From the NCBI GenBank assembly GCA_002269645.1, contig NIVC01001066.1, forward strand, positions 302,901 to 366,900: a stretch of 64,000 nucleotides of DNA, read 5' to 3'. Of the stretch, positions 12,734-22,608 are shown one piece after another. A model generated the notes under the pieces. The model was not told the origin of the DNA. It made no database searches and saw only the letters and a program-made list of their open reading frames with translations. The stretch comes from Macrostomum lignano. Lineage: Eukaryota. Both the position numbers and the translations under genes were made by a program. Each line of letters starts with the position of its first letter. Position 1 is the first letter of the stretch.

Positions 12734-13094
12734 GAGAAAGAGAGAGTGAGAGAGAAGAAAGAAGAGAAGAAAGGGGGAAGGGAGAAGGGAGAGAGGAGTG
12801 GAAAGAGGAAAGGGGAGAGAATAAAGATGAGAGAAAGAACTGAATTCAGATATAAACCTTCAAAAGGCTATATTGCTATGAAGTTTCAAAGACCTAAGGG
12901 TCATATAGAAAGGCTTTGTAGGCTGCATGTGGCCTATAGCTAAGAGTTTACCAACCCTTAATTTTATTGCAATAATAGACTTTAAAACAACAATTACCTT
13001 GAAAGACACCAAATGACACTTTTTCACTATTGAAGTTTTCCACATATTTTCCCACATATTTTTGAAGGATATAACTTATTACTCCTTCAAGCAT
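1..13094 (-). CDS. VPS13D: Vacuolar protein sorting 13D (bridge-like lipid transfer protein), 5' part; the gene continues beyond the left edge
   Basis: Manual splice model (minus): 12998-13094 (ATG, MLEGVISYILQKYVGKYVENFNSEKVSFGVFQG, chorein-N start), 12366-12446 (GDVTLENLPLKSDAL), 12152-12264 (GHIGKISLKIPY..SQPW), 11562-11846, 10631-11061, 10160-10370, 9063-10032, 8316-8407, 7388-7839, 5478-5968, 4178-4343 (LGPDFDLLVASH), 3800-4095, 3071-3402, 2361-2522, 1441-1854, 1-349. All junctions are GT-AG with consistent phase, apart from one apparent missing base near 262. Motifs recalled from VPS13D (DAARRKY, VEKF-like QKFSVTVRLQRRL, LDIIANQ) support the D paralogue. Confidence 0.9.
448..1365. repeat. 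19-bp minisatellite (GACCATAGACACAAAGACT)n in a VPS13D intron
   Basis: Direct tandem unit visible; explains ORFs 689-1429, 708-1367, 757-1032 and 1042-1377. Confidence 0.95.
1995..2330. repeat. G-rich ~22-25 bp minisatellite (GATTTATCG(G)nCAGTCAGGGGA) with variable G-run
   Basis: Tandem units visible in VPS13D intron 1855-2360. Confidence 0.9.
2770..3005. repeat. 17-bp minisatellite (CAGACACCCCTAGACAG)n
   Basis: Tandem units visible in intron 2523-3070. Confidence 0.9.
3440..3730. repeat. C-rich ~15-16 bp minisatellite (CCACTCCGCCAACC..)
   Basis: Tandem units visible in intron 3403-3799. Confidence 0.85.
4405..5430. repeat. 14-bp minisatellite (CTAAGCGGGAGGAT / CTAAGCGGGAGAGT)n
   Basis: Tandem units fill intron 4344-5477; variants change progressively along the array. 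Confidence 0.95.
6080..7315. repeat. 15-bp minisatellite (TCACAGTGTCATGTA)n
   Basis: Tandem units fill intron 5969-7387; source of the spurious 350-450 aa ORFs. Confidence 0.95.
7890..8260. repeat. 22-bp minisatellite (GTGACTAATTGGCGATTCTCAG)n
   Basis: Tandem units in intron 7840-8315. Confidence 0.9.
8545..9005. repeat. ~21-bp minisatellite (CTCAGTGGACACTGCTATCCT)n
   Basis: Tandem units in intron 8408-9062. Confidence 0.9.
10375..10620. repeat. 34-bp minisatellite (GTAGGTGTGGGATCTAGCGATGGGGACGGAGTCT)n
   Basis: About 7 units fill almost the whole intron 10372-10630. Confidence 0.9.
11170..11510. repeat. 23-bp minisatellite (CCATCAATTCTCAGCCTCAATCT)n
   Basis: Tandem units in intron 11062-11561. 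Confidence 0.9.
12505..12960 (+). mobile_element. hAT (Charlie-like) MITE with a GA-rich/(GA)n core, in VPS13D intron 1
   Basis: Left TIR CAGGGGTTGGCAAACT (12505) and right end AGTTTACCAACCCTTA (12945-12960). Both ends align with the second copy at 32046-32619. (GA)n at ~12657-12722. No clear TSD. Confidence 0.7.
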
Positions 13095-15769
13095 GACTTG
13101 TTCTTTAAGTAATATCCATGCAATAAATAAATGATTATTTTAAATTTTGTGTATATAAAGATGATATAAAAAGCAAAAAATATAATTTGAAAACTCTGAG
13201 TAAAAAACTATTAAAAATATATAGTTATCGCTACTTGTTAAATTTGCCATATATTCACTTGATTTGATTTATAATAGCTTAGATACTTATCAAATATTAA
13301 AGCCTAAGACTTATAATCAAAGAAAAATTATACTCTAGCTAAATTGTAATTATACCATTCTTAGAAGATATAGTAAAGTATTTAGTATAAGTGGATTTAT
13401 GTATTACTACTAGTCAATAAAACACGAAATCAATTTATTTTAATTTTTGCATATTTAAGTTTATATTTATGATAAAAATGACATTTTAGAAATCTAATAA
13501 ATCTTTTTTATTTACTTATGGCTATCCAAAACAAACATACTTTATATTAATTGGCAATGTTTAGGCCTACCTTCTATTTAATAGTGATATCAGTTTGAAT
13601 CAAATTAATGAATTTAATGAAATGAAATAAAAATATAAATTATATTAAACTGAAAAGGCGAGGCCTATATAGTTTTTCTATTAAGATAAACATAAGCATT
13701 TATTTCATGTATACTTTGGTTATTCACAAGTAATAAATTCAAACTATAAGACAGAACTGTTAATTCATTAGTAAATATTCTTCATTTTAACAAAAAGAGC
13801 ACACAGTATTTGTATATCATAGAATAATAAAAATTACTAATTGTTTAACAAGGCCTTTTCATATTGCTTATTCTGGTTCTAGAACCAGATCCAATTTGTA
13901 AAGTATAACTTTTTGTCTCCTAAACTAGAGGGATATTAGTGCTTTAAAGTTGTGATTATTGTATGGCAATAGCCAAGAAGAAAGTGAAAAATTGTGCAAA
14001 GTGAGGCTGTTAAGGCAGTTAAACATTCAAAAAAGTTAAATAGTTATACTGTTTTTTGGAAATCCGAACCGATTCTGGTTCTGGAATTGGTAATGTGAAA
14101 AGCCCTATAGTTACCATTTAAAAAATTATAGTAAAACGTGTGCATCGACTTTGTAATTGGCACCTATTCTGGATTTAAATAGGTAGATATTAAGTAAGGC
14201 TTTTTGTACCAAGAGCAAACGACCAATTTAATACAGTAGTGTAGTTCCTGTAGACAATAATCACGCAATGACAAAACTCTTTTCGTTGTTTTAAGTCTAA
14301 GAACATTGTATATTTTCATTGTTTTTAACTCGCGTTTATAATTCCTAACAGTTAAGAACACCAGAAATTACTTCTAATATATTTCGAAATTAAGATCATA
14401 AAGATAGTTATTCATCTTGTTCCTCATGCTTACAAAAGGACCAAGAGGTACTATTTTAAGTTGTTGAGCTTTTCTTAGATTTTTCTTGGAAAGTTTAAAA
14501 TTTTGTAAATTATTACATATTTTAACAAAAACTTCAATGTAAATTAAAAGTCAATACGTAAAAGTAATATATAAACTATGTTTTACTGTTTTTAATTTAC
14601 GGAGTCATTCACTTTTGAAATTAATTGCTTATTTACAGTTGTTGGGTAATACTTTAAGTATCGATTCTATTGATTCTATAGTACTTTCGGAACCAGAGCC
14701 AGTTGGATCCCCATATTTGTTTCTTCTCTTCTGGCTTTGTCGATCTAAACCAATGACCTTTTTCGTATTCTCGATTCCGGTTCAGAACCGAATCTATGTA
14801 GTGCATGCAGACTGTATGTCCGATCAATTGGATCGTCCATAAAATTACTCAACGGTTGGATATGGTACAATGTATATATAGTATTGGTATAGTTACAGCT
14901 GCATGTATCAGTGTACTTGTAACATCAAAATGAACATAAAGCCAGCTCTTAAAATCTATGGTATATGTATACCCTTAGTGAAACTCAGTACTTTTTCAGA
15001 CTGCAATTTGTTTTCTAAAATATGCTTTATGTATTATAAACAGGTGTTTAATATACATGTATTGCAAGCATTATGTACAACCTGTATACATGGGGACGTC
15101 GACAGTGCAAGAGTTGTCGCAAAAAAATTTGCTTACAGCGCAGGAGGTTCAAATGAGTGTTACAGCGACAGGTCATGTCCATGAAATTATAAGGACGTTA
15201 GAATTAAAGCTTGTCTGAGAAATTACTCTAGAGAAAGAATGGGCGCATGAGAAAATTGCGAATTGTGATTAGTTCTTCAGTTCCTTCAGTAAGCATTTAA
15301 ATAATATGAATACCGTAAAATGTATATGAACTCTCCTCTGAATTGGCTGGGACTGGGAGAAACGGGTACTGGACTAACATGTATAGATAGGCCAGCAAGT
15401 CCGAGTTAATATCCATTGTAATCCCGTTAGACCGTCCCTAAACGATCGCCATGCATATGCCATGTGAGAAATGACAATAAACAACTAAATTAATATTTGG
15501 TTGAATAATGTAATAGTAATGATAAAAAATCACTAATGTTAAACGCGTTTATTTAACATTTATTCATACATGTAAAATGTGAAAAACACGTTTCTGAATG
15601 CAGAATACGATTAAACGCAAGTCATGCAAAGATTTTAGAATGGACACGCATTTAGACAATGCAGAAACTTTTACAACTAGCTCGATCGATGATACATGAA
15701 ATTGCAAATGTATACTTTGTACAAAGGTTATTCAAGAGACTCAGTCCTTGAAGAATGTGCAGATGATGC

Positions 15770-17686
15770 TCAGTCGACCTCCTCAACGGTGGGTCCTCCA
15801 GCTCGCTGATGTCCAGGCTGAGGCTGACCAGACTGCTGCTGCTGCTGATGAAGCTTGGCCATGATTGGCGAGCAGCGGCTGCTGAGTTGCTGCTGCTGGT
15901 GGGCAATCTCGTCCTTCTCGGCAGTCTGGTTGTTCTCCAGCCAGGAAATCACTTGCTCGCAGGCGGCCACCACCTCGGCGGAGTCCTTCTCGCCCAGCTT
16001 GTCCTTGCAGTCGTTGGCAGCCTGCTTGTACTGGAAGGCGAGCGACTCGAGCTGGTTGCGGGCCGCCAGGCGCTCGCGGTGCCGCTCGTCCTCCTCGCGG
16101 AACTTCTCCGCATCCCGCACCATCCTGTCGATCTCGTCCTTCGAGAGGCGGCCCTTGTCGTTCGTGATCGTGATCTTCTCCTCCTTGCTGGTGCTCTTGT
16201 CTTTCGCCGACACCACCAGGATTCCGTTGGCGTCAACGTCGAAGGTCACCTCGATCTGAGGGACTCCGCGCGGCGCTGGCGGGATCCCGTCCAGGTTGAA
16301 CCGGCCCAGCAGGTGGTTGTCTCTGGTGAGCGCTCGCTCGCCCTCGAACACCTGCACCGTGACGCCGCTCTGGTTGTCCGAGTAGGTGGTGAACGTCTGC
16401 GTCGCCTTGGTCGGGATGCGGCTGTTCCGCTCGACAATCTTGGTCATCACCCCGCCGGCGGTCTCGATGCCGAGAGACAGCGGCGCCACATCCAGCAGCA
16501 GCAGGTCGTCGATCTTGTCGTCCTTCACGCCAGTCAGCACCGCAGCCTGCACGGCAGCTCCGTAGGCGACCGCCTCGTCCGGGTTGATCGACTTGTTCAG
16601 CGTCCAACCGCCCATGAATTCTTGCAGCAACTTCTGCACCCTCGGGATCCGGGTTGATCCGCCAACCAGCACGATCTCGTTGATGTTGCTCTTGTCCATC
16701 TTGGCGTCTCTCAGCGCTCGCTCCACCGGCTCCATCGTCTGGCGAAACAGGTCGGCGCACAGCTCCTCGAATCGAGCCCTGGTGACGCTCGTGTAAAAAT
16801 CGATGCCCTCGAACAGCGAGTCAATCTCGATGCTCGCCTGTGCCGAGCTGCTCAGCGTTCGCTTCGCTCGCTCAGCCGCAGTCCGAAGGCGTCTCACAGC
16901 CCGAGCGTTGCCGCTCATGTCCTTGCGGTACTTGCGCTTGAACTCTTGCATCAGGTGCTCAACCAGACGATGATCAAAGTCCTCGCCGCCGAGGTGGGTG
17001 TCGCCGGCGGTTGCGCGCACCTCGAACATGCTGCCCTCCGACACTGTCAGGATGGACACGTCGAACGTGCCGCCTCCCAGGTCAAAGATGAGAATGTTCT
17101 TCTCACCCTGCAGGTTCTTGTCCAGACCGTAGGCCAGTGCCGCAGCAGTCGGCTCGTTCACGATGCGCAGCACGTTCAGTCCGGCAATCGCCCCGGCATC
17201 CTTCGTTGCCTGTCGCTGACTGTCGTTGAAGTAGGCCGGCACTGTGATCACCGCGTCAGACACCTTCTCGCCGAGGTAGGCCTCCGCCGTCTCCTTCATC
17301 TTGGTGAGAACCATGGCGGAGATCTCCTCCGGGTAGAAGCTGCGCCTCTCGCCCATGTACTGCACCTCAATCTTGGGTCGGCCTCCGTCGTTCGTCACCT
17401 TGAATGGCCACAGCTTCATGTCCCTCTGCACCGTCTCGTCTCCGAACTTTCGTCCGATCAGACGCTTCGCGTCAAACACCGTGTTGTCCGGATTCATCGC
17501 CACCTGGTTCTTTGCAGCGTCGCCTACCAGCCTCTCCGTGTCCGTGAAGGCCACGTAGCTGGGAGTGGTTCGGTTGCCCTGGTCATTTGCAATGATCTCC
17601 ACTTTGCCTGCCTGGAACACGCCAACGCACGAGTACGTGGTGCCCAGGTCAATGCCGATTGCAGGTCCGTTGTTGCTCTTACCCAT
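15770..17686 (-). CDS. hsp70: Inducible cytosolic heat shock protein 70 (638 aa, intronless), left copy
   Basis: Hsp70 signatures [22 protein letters not shown] and [11 protein letters not shown]; C-terminal GPTVEEVD; upstream HSEs. Confidence 0.98.
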   Translation of the reverse strand: MGKSNNGPAIGIDLGTTYSCVGVFQAGKVEIIANDQGNRTTPSYVAFTDTERLVGDAAKNQVAMNPDNTVFDAKRLIGRKFGDETVQRDMKLWPFKVTNDGGRPKIEVQYMGERRSFYPEEISAMVLTKMKETAEAYLGEKVSDAVITVPAYFNDSQRQATKDAGAIAGLNVLRIVNEPTAAALAYGLDKNLQGEKNILIFDLGGGTFDVSILTVSEGSMFEVRATAGDTHLGGEDFDHRLVEHLMQEFKRKYRKDMSGNARAVRRLRTAAERAKRTLSSSAQASIEIDSLFEGIDFYTSVTRARFEELCADLFRQTMEPVERALRDAKMDKSNINEIVLVGGSTRIPRVQKLLQEFMGGWTLNKSINPDEAVAYGAAVQAAVLTGVKDDKIDDLLLLDVAPLSLGIETAGGVMTKIVERNSRIPTKATQTFTTYSDNQSGVTVQVFEGERALTRDNHLLGRFNLDGIPPAPRGVPQIEVTFDVDANGILVVSAKDKSTSKEEKITITNDKGRLSKDEIDRMVRDAEKFREEDERHRERLAARNQLESLAFQYKQAANDCKDKLGEKDSAEVVAACEQVISWLENNQTAEKDEIAHQQQQLSSRCSPIMAKLHQQQQQSGQPQPGHQRAGGPTVEEVD

Positions 17687-17843
17687 GTTGTCGATCGATT
17701 AATTCGCACTTGCTTGATATACGAGTAGTAGCGTAGGCTGATGCGTCTGTTGCCTTGATGGCTTGCTTGGCTTTGCTGTTCGTTTCGTTCGCCTTGCGAT
17801 CCGATTTCAATTCTTGCCTCCAATTCTGGGCCGGGTGCTTCTC

Positions 17844-17939
17844 TTTTATAGACTCCGGCCCGTTTCTAGAAGTTTCCCGCACCATCCTCCGCGAATGCGC
17901 CGCGAGCTATTTTTAGCTCGTTCTGGAAATTTCTCGAAA
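17844..17939 (-). promoter_or_regulatory. hsp70 promoter: TATA box (17844-17850) and two heat-shock elements (17863-17877, 17920-17939)
   Basis: Reverse complement of TATAAAA; arrays of 3 and 4 alternating nGAAn/nTTCn pentamers. Confidence 0.9.
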
Positions 17940-18352
17940 AAAGAATTGCTTGACAAATTTTACCGTTTGCGTCTATTTCGCCTACTTTAAGTAGAAAGTA
18001 ACAAACCTGTAGTCTAATATTCTTACAAACATATTTACAATGTTGAATGAATCAAGAAATCCTGTGGAAAATGGGGTTAACGAATATTAACGATCGTTTT
18101 GGTAGCAAAGAATTCATTTTGTTATTCAATATTTATTTGTTAAAACAATCAGGTCTTTCAGATTAACTGATTCTGGAAATCGGCGATATGTATAGAACAA
18201 GCATTGCAAGCACAAAACAAAAGTCAGAAAAGTGCTATGTTTTAAAGCCGACTCAATCTTCTGAAGTGAAACAAAAAGAAAATACAAACAGTTAGTCATT
18301 TTAATATAATTTTTTAGTTAGTGCTTATTGGAAGTGCACAAAACAAAATGGC

Positions 18353-18358
18353 AAAAAA
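18353..18358 (-). terminator. Pol III oligo-T terminator of the left 5S gene
   Basis: A6 on the plus strand right at the 5S 3' end. Confidence 0.8.
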
Positions 18359-18476
18359 GACAACAGCATTTGGTATTCCCAGGCGGTCACCCATCCAAGT
18401 ACTAACCAAACCCAACGTTGCTTAACTTCGGTGATCAGACGAGAACCGGTGTTTTCAACGTGGTATGGCCGTTGCC
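18357..18476 (-). rRNA. 5S rRNA: 5S rRNA gene, left arm
   Basis: Reverse complement of the 19440-19559 copy; followed by T6 on the minus strand (18353-18358). Confidence 0.95.
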
Positions 18477-18678
18477 AATTACCGAGAGCACTCAACTTCA
18501 ATTTATACTTCGCTACCGCCGCATTTGTGTCAGCAGGCAATACGTAACGTAAGTAATATGGCCCATTTTGTATCGACCAAGAGCCAATAGCCTCCTCGCC
18601 TTATCGGGATGATGAATATCCAATCCTGACCAACTGACCAATCTTTAATTGATATTTCTCTCTGCGTTGAATCGACAA

Positions 18679-19238
18679 TCAGATAATGACAGTCATATAA
18701 TGACAGTCAGATAACAACAGCCAGATAATGACAGTCAGATAATGGCATTCAGATAATGACAGTCAGATAATGACAGTCAGATAGTGACAGTCATATAATG
18801 ACAGTCAGATAGTGACAGTCAGATAGTGACAGTCATATAATGACAGTCAGATAGTGACAGTCAGATAGTGACAGTCATATAATGACAGTCAGATAGTGAC
18901 AGTCAGATAATGACAGTCAGATAGTGACAGTCAGATAGTGACAGTCAGATAGTGACAGTCAGATAATGACAGCCAGATAATGAAAGAATGAAAGATAATG
19001 AAAGATAATGCTGTTGTCATTATCTGGCTGTCATTATCTGACTGTCACTATCTGACTGTCACTATCTGACTGTCACTATCTGACTGTCATTATCTGACTG
19101 TCACTATCTGACTGTCATTATATGACTGTCACTATCTGACTGTCATTATCTGACTGTCATTATCTGAATGCCATTATCTGACTGTCATTATCTGGCTGTT
19201 GTTATCTGACTGTCATTATATGACTGTCATTATCTGAT
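18679..19238. repeat. 14-bp minisatellite (GACAGTCAGATAAT/GACAGTCAGATAGT)n forming the palindrome axis; orientation flips at ~18983-19016
   Basis: The left array (~300 bp) and right array (~220 bp) are reverse complements with unequal copy number. Confidence 0.92.
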
Positions 19239-19439
19239 TGTCGATTCAACGCAGAGAGAAATATCAATTAAAGATTGGTCAGTTGGTCAGGATTGGATAT
19301 TCATCATCCCGATAAGGCGAGGAGGCTATTGGCTCTTGGTCGATACAAAATGGGCCATATTACTTACGTTACGTATTGCCTGCTGACACAAATGCGGCGG
19401 TAGCGAAGTATAAATTGAAGTTGAGTGCTCTCGGTAATT

Positions 19440-19559
19440 GGCAACGGCCATACCACGTTGAAAACACCGGTTCTCGTCTGATCACCGAAGTTAAGCAACG
19501 TTGGGTTTGGTTAGTACTTGGATGGGTGACCGCCTGGGAATACCAAATGCTGTTGTCTT
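19440..19559 (+). rRNA. 5S rRNA: 5S rRNA gene, right arm
   Basis: GGCAACGGCCATACCACGTTGAAAACACCGGTTCTCGTCTGATCACCGAAGTTAAGC...GGATGGGTGACCGCCTGGGAATACCAAATGCTGTTGTCTT. The 5' GGCAACGGC pairs with the 3' GCTGTTGTC (helix I). Box A/box C are recognisable, a TATA-like TATAAAT lies at -31 (19409-19415), and T6 follows. Confidence 0.96.
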
Positions 19560-19563
19560 TTTT
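19558..19563 (+). terminator. Pol III oligo-T terminator of the right 5S gene
   Basis: T6 right at the 5S 3' end. Confidence 0.8.
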
Positions 19564-19994
19564 GCCATTTAGTTTTGTGCACTTAATTAAGCATTAACTA
19601 AAAAATTATTCAACTGACAAGCTGTTTGTATTTTCCTTTTGTTTCACTTCAGAAGATTGAGTCGACTTTAAAACATAGCACTGTTCTGAATTTTGTTTTG
19701 TGCTTGCAATGCTTGTTCTATTTCTATACATATCGCCGATTTCCAGAATCAGTTAATCTGAAAGACCTGATCGTTTTAACAAATAAATATTGAATAACAA
19801 AATAAATTCTTCGCAACCAAAACTATCGCTAATATTCATTAATCCCATTTTCCACAGAATTTCTTGATCCCTTTAGGTTTTAACATTGTAAATATGTTTG
19901 TAAGAATATGTTTGTATTAGACTACACGTTTGTTACTTTCTACTTAAAGTAGGCGAAATAGACGCAAATGGTAAAATTTGTCAAGCAATTCTTT

Positions 19995-20090
19995 TTTCGA
20001 GAAATTTCCAGAACGAGCTAAAAATAGCTCGCGGCGCATTCGCGGAGGATGGTGCGGGAAACTTCTAGAAACGGGCCGGAGTCTATAAAA
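19995..20090 (+). promoter_or_regulatory. hsp70 promoter: HSEs (19995-20014 TTTCGAGAAATTTCCAGAAC; 20057-20071 GGAAACTTCTAGAAA) and TATAAAA (20084-20090)
   Basis: Perfect alternating nTTCn/nGAAn pentamers and a canonical TATA box. Confidence 0.9.
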
Positions 20091-20247
20091 GAGAAGCACC
20101 CGGCCCAGAATTGGAGGCAAGAACTGAAATCGGATCGCAAGGCGAACGAAACGAACAGCAAAGCCAAGCAAGCCATCAAGGCAACAGACGCATCAGCCTA
20201 CGCTACTACTCGTATATCAAGCAAGTGCGAATTAATCGATCGACAAC

Positions 20248-22164
20248 ATGGGTAAGAGCAACAACGGACCTGCAATCGGCATTGACCTGGGCACCACGTA
20301 CTCGTGCGTTGGCGTGTTCCAGGCAGGCAAAGTGGAGATCATTGCCAATGACCAGGGCAACCGAACCACTCCCAGCTACGTGGCCTTCACGGACACGGAG
20401 AGGCTGGTAGGCGACGCTGCAAAGAACCAGGTGGCGATGAATCCGGACAACACAGTGTTTGACGCGAAGCGTCTGATCGGACGAAAGTTCGGAGACGAGA
20501 CGGTGCAGAGGGACATGAAGCTGTGGCCATTCAAGGTGACGAACGACGGAGGCCGACCCAAGATTGAGGTGCAGTACATGGGCGAGAGGCGCAGCTTCTA
20601 CCCGGAGGAGATCTCCGCCATGGTTCTCACCAAGATGAAGGAGACGGCGGAGGCCTACCTCGGCGAGAAGGTGTCTGACGCGGTGATCACAGTGCCGGCC
20701 TACTTCAACGACAGTCAGCGACAGGCAACGAAGGATGCCGGGGCGATTGCCGGACTGAACGTGCTGCGCATCGTGAACGAGCCGACTGCTGCGGCACTGG
20801 CCTACGGTCTGGACAAGAACCTGCAGGGTGAGAAGAACATTCTCATCTTTGACCTGGGAGGCGGCACGTTCGACGTGTCCATCCTGACAGTGTCGGAGGG
20901 CAGCATGTTCGAGGTGCGCGCAACCGCCGGCGACACCCACCTCGGCGGCGAGGACTTTGATCATCGTCTGGTTGAGCACCTGATGCAAGAGTTCAAGCGC
21001 AAGTACCGCAAGGACATGAGCGGCAACGCTCGGGCTGTGAGACGCCTTCGGACTGCGGCTGAGCGAGCGAAGCGAACGCTGAGCAGCTCGGCACAGGCGA
21101 GCATCGAGATTGACTCGCTGTTCGAGGGCATCGATTTTTACACGAGCGTCACCAGGGCTCGATTCGAGGAGCTGTGCGCCGACCTGTTTCGCCAGACGAT
21201 GGAGCCGGTGGAGCGAGCGCTGAGAGACGCCAAGATGGACAAGAGCAACATCAACGAGATCGTGCTGGTTGGCGGATCAACCCGGATCCCGAGGGTGCAG
21301 AAGTTGCTGCAAGAATTCATGGGCGGTTGGACGCTGAACAAGTCGATCAACCCGGACGAGGCGGTCGCCTACGGAGCTGCCGTGCAGGCTGCGGTGCTGA
21401 CTGGCGTGAAGGACGACAAGATCGACGACCTGCTGCTGCTGGATGTGGCGCCGCTGTCTCTCGGCATCGAGACCGCCGGCGGGGTGATGACCAAGATTGT
21501 CGAGCGGAACAGCCGCATCCCGACCAAGGCGACGCAGACGTTCACCACCTACTCGGACAACCAGAGCGGCGTCACGGTGCAGGTGTTCGAGGGCGAGCGA
21601 GCGCTCACCAGAGACAACCACCTGCTGGGCCGGTTCAACCTGGACGGGATCCCGCCAGCGCCGCGCGGAGTCCCTCAGATCGAGGTGACCTTCGACGTTG
21701 ACGCCAACGGAATCCTGGTGGTGTCGGCGAAAGACAAGAGCACCAGCAAGGAGGAGAAGATCACGATCACGAACGACAAGGGCCGCCTCTCGAAGGACGA
21801 GATCGACAGGATGGTGCGGGATGCGGAGAAGTTCCGCGAGGAGGACGAGCGGCACCGCGAGCGCCTGGCGGCCCGCAACCAGCTCGAGTCGCTCGCCTTC
21901 CAGTACAAGCAGGCTGCCAACGACTGCAAGGACAAGCTGGGCGAGAAGGACTCCGCCGAGGTGGTGGCCGCCTGCGAGCAAGTGATTTCCTGGCTGGAGA
22001 ACAACCAGACTGCCGAGAAGGACGAGATTGCCCACCAGCAGCAGCAACTCAGCAGCCGCTGCTCGCCAATCATGGCCAAGCTTCATCAGCAGCAGCAGCA
22101 GTCTGGTCAGCCTCAGCCTGGACATCAGCGAGCTGGAGGACCCACCGTTGAGGAGGTCGACTGA
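20248..22164 (+). CDS. hsp70: Inducible cytosolic heat shock protein 70 (638 aa, intronless), right copy
   Basis: Protein identical to the left copy in the ORF track; C-terminal EEVD; AATAAA signals at ~22370-22386. Confidence 0.98.
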   Translation: MGKSNNGPAIGIDLGTTYSCVGVFQAGKVEIIANDQGNRTTPSYVAFTDTERLVGDAAKNQVAMNPDNTVFDAKRLIGRKFGDETVQRDMKLWPFKVTNDGGRPKIEVQYMGERRSFYPEEISAMVLTKMKETAEAYLGEKVSDAVITVPAYFNDSQRQATKDAGAIAGLNVLRIVNEPTAAALAYGLDKNLQGEKNILIFDLGGGTFDVSILTVSEGSMFEVRATAGDTHLGGEDFDHRLVEHLMQEFKRKYRKDMSGNARAVRRLRTAAERAKRTLSSSAQASIEIDSLFEGIDFYTSVTRARFEELCADLFRQTMEPVERALRDAKMDKSNINEIVLVGGSTRIPRVQKLLQEFMGGWTLNKSINPDEAVAYGAAVQAAVLTGVKDDKIDDLLLLDVAPLSLGIETAGGVMTKIVERNSRIPTKATQTFTTYSDNQSGVTVQVFEGERALTRDNHLLGRFNLDGIPPAPRGVPQIEVTFDVDANGILVVSAKDKSTSKEEKITITNDKGRLSKDEIDRMVRDAEKFREEDERHRERLAARNQLESLAFQYKQAANDCKDKLGEKDSAEVVAACEQVISWLENNQTAEKDEIAHQQQQLSSRCSPIMAKLHQQQQQSGQPQPGHQRAGGPTVEEVD

Positions 22165-22608
22165 GCATCATCTGCACATTCTTCAAGGACTGAGTCTCTT
22201 GAATAACCTTTGTACAAAGTATACATTTGCAATTTCATGTATCATCGATCGAGCTAGTTGTAAAAGTTTCTGCATTGTCTAAATGCGTGTCCATTCTAAA
22301 ATCTTTGCATGACTTGCGTTTAATCGTATTCTGCATTCAGAAACGTGTTTTTCACATTTTACATGTATGAATAAATGTTAAATAAACGCGTTTAACATTA
22401 GTGATTTGTTATCATTACTATTACATCATTTAAATAAATAATAATTTAGTTGTTTATTGTCATTTCTCACATGGCATATGCATGGTATGTGCGATCGTTT
22501 AGGGACGGTCTAATGGGATTACATGGCTTAGACAAATAGCTTCTTGCCTATCCCCATTTCCCCGTATTCCCATCGCAGTACAAGCTAGGTGTAAAGCTTC
22601 GACTAAAG

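Larger units (their letters stand above)
15413..22526. repeat. ~7.1 kb inverted duplication (palindrome): arms ~15413-18982 and ~19017-22526, ~33-nt AT-rich spacer
   Basis: Mirror coordinates: hsp70 starts 17686/20248, stops 15770/22164, 5S starts 18476/19440. The 3' flanks also mirror (15421 ATCCCGTTAGACCGTCCCTAAACGATC vs 22494-22520). Confidence 0.97.

Noticed and set aside
11990-15410. AT-rich block as contaminant or chimeric DNA from another species
   Set aside because: It holds the in-phase first three exons of the same VPS13D gene and shares a MITE family with the GC-rich region; long-read confirmation is still desirable
15809-17728. 282-aa and 260-aa ORFs antisense to hsp70 (mirrored at 20206-22125)
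   Set aside because: Well-known stop-free antisense shadow of GC-rich hsp70 coding sequence; no independent evidence
18325-18540. 71-73 aa ORFs at 18325-18540 and 19376-19597
   Set aside because: They overlap the 5S rRNA genes; chance frames
18476-19440. Spliced-leader RNA or snRNA gene linked to 5S, as in nematodes
   Set aside because: No SL-like exon/donor/Sm-site arrangement recognised next to either 5S copy
15413-22526. Palindrome as a fold-back sequencing artefact
   Set aside because: The arms differ by substitutions, indels and array copy number, which a fold-back read would not produce
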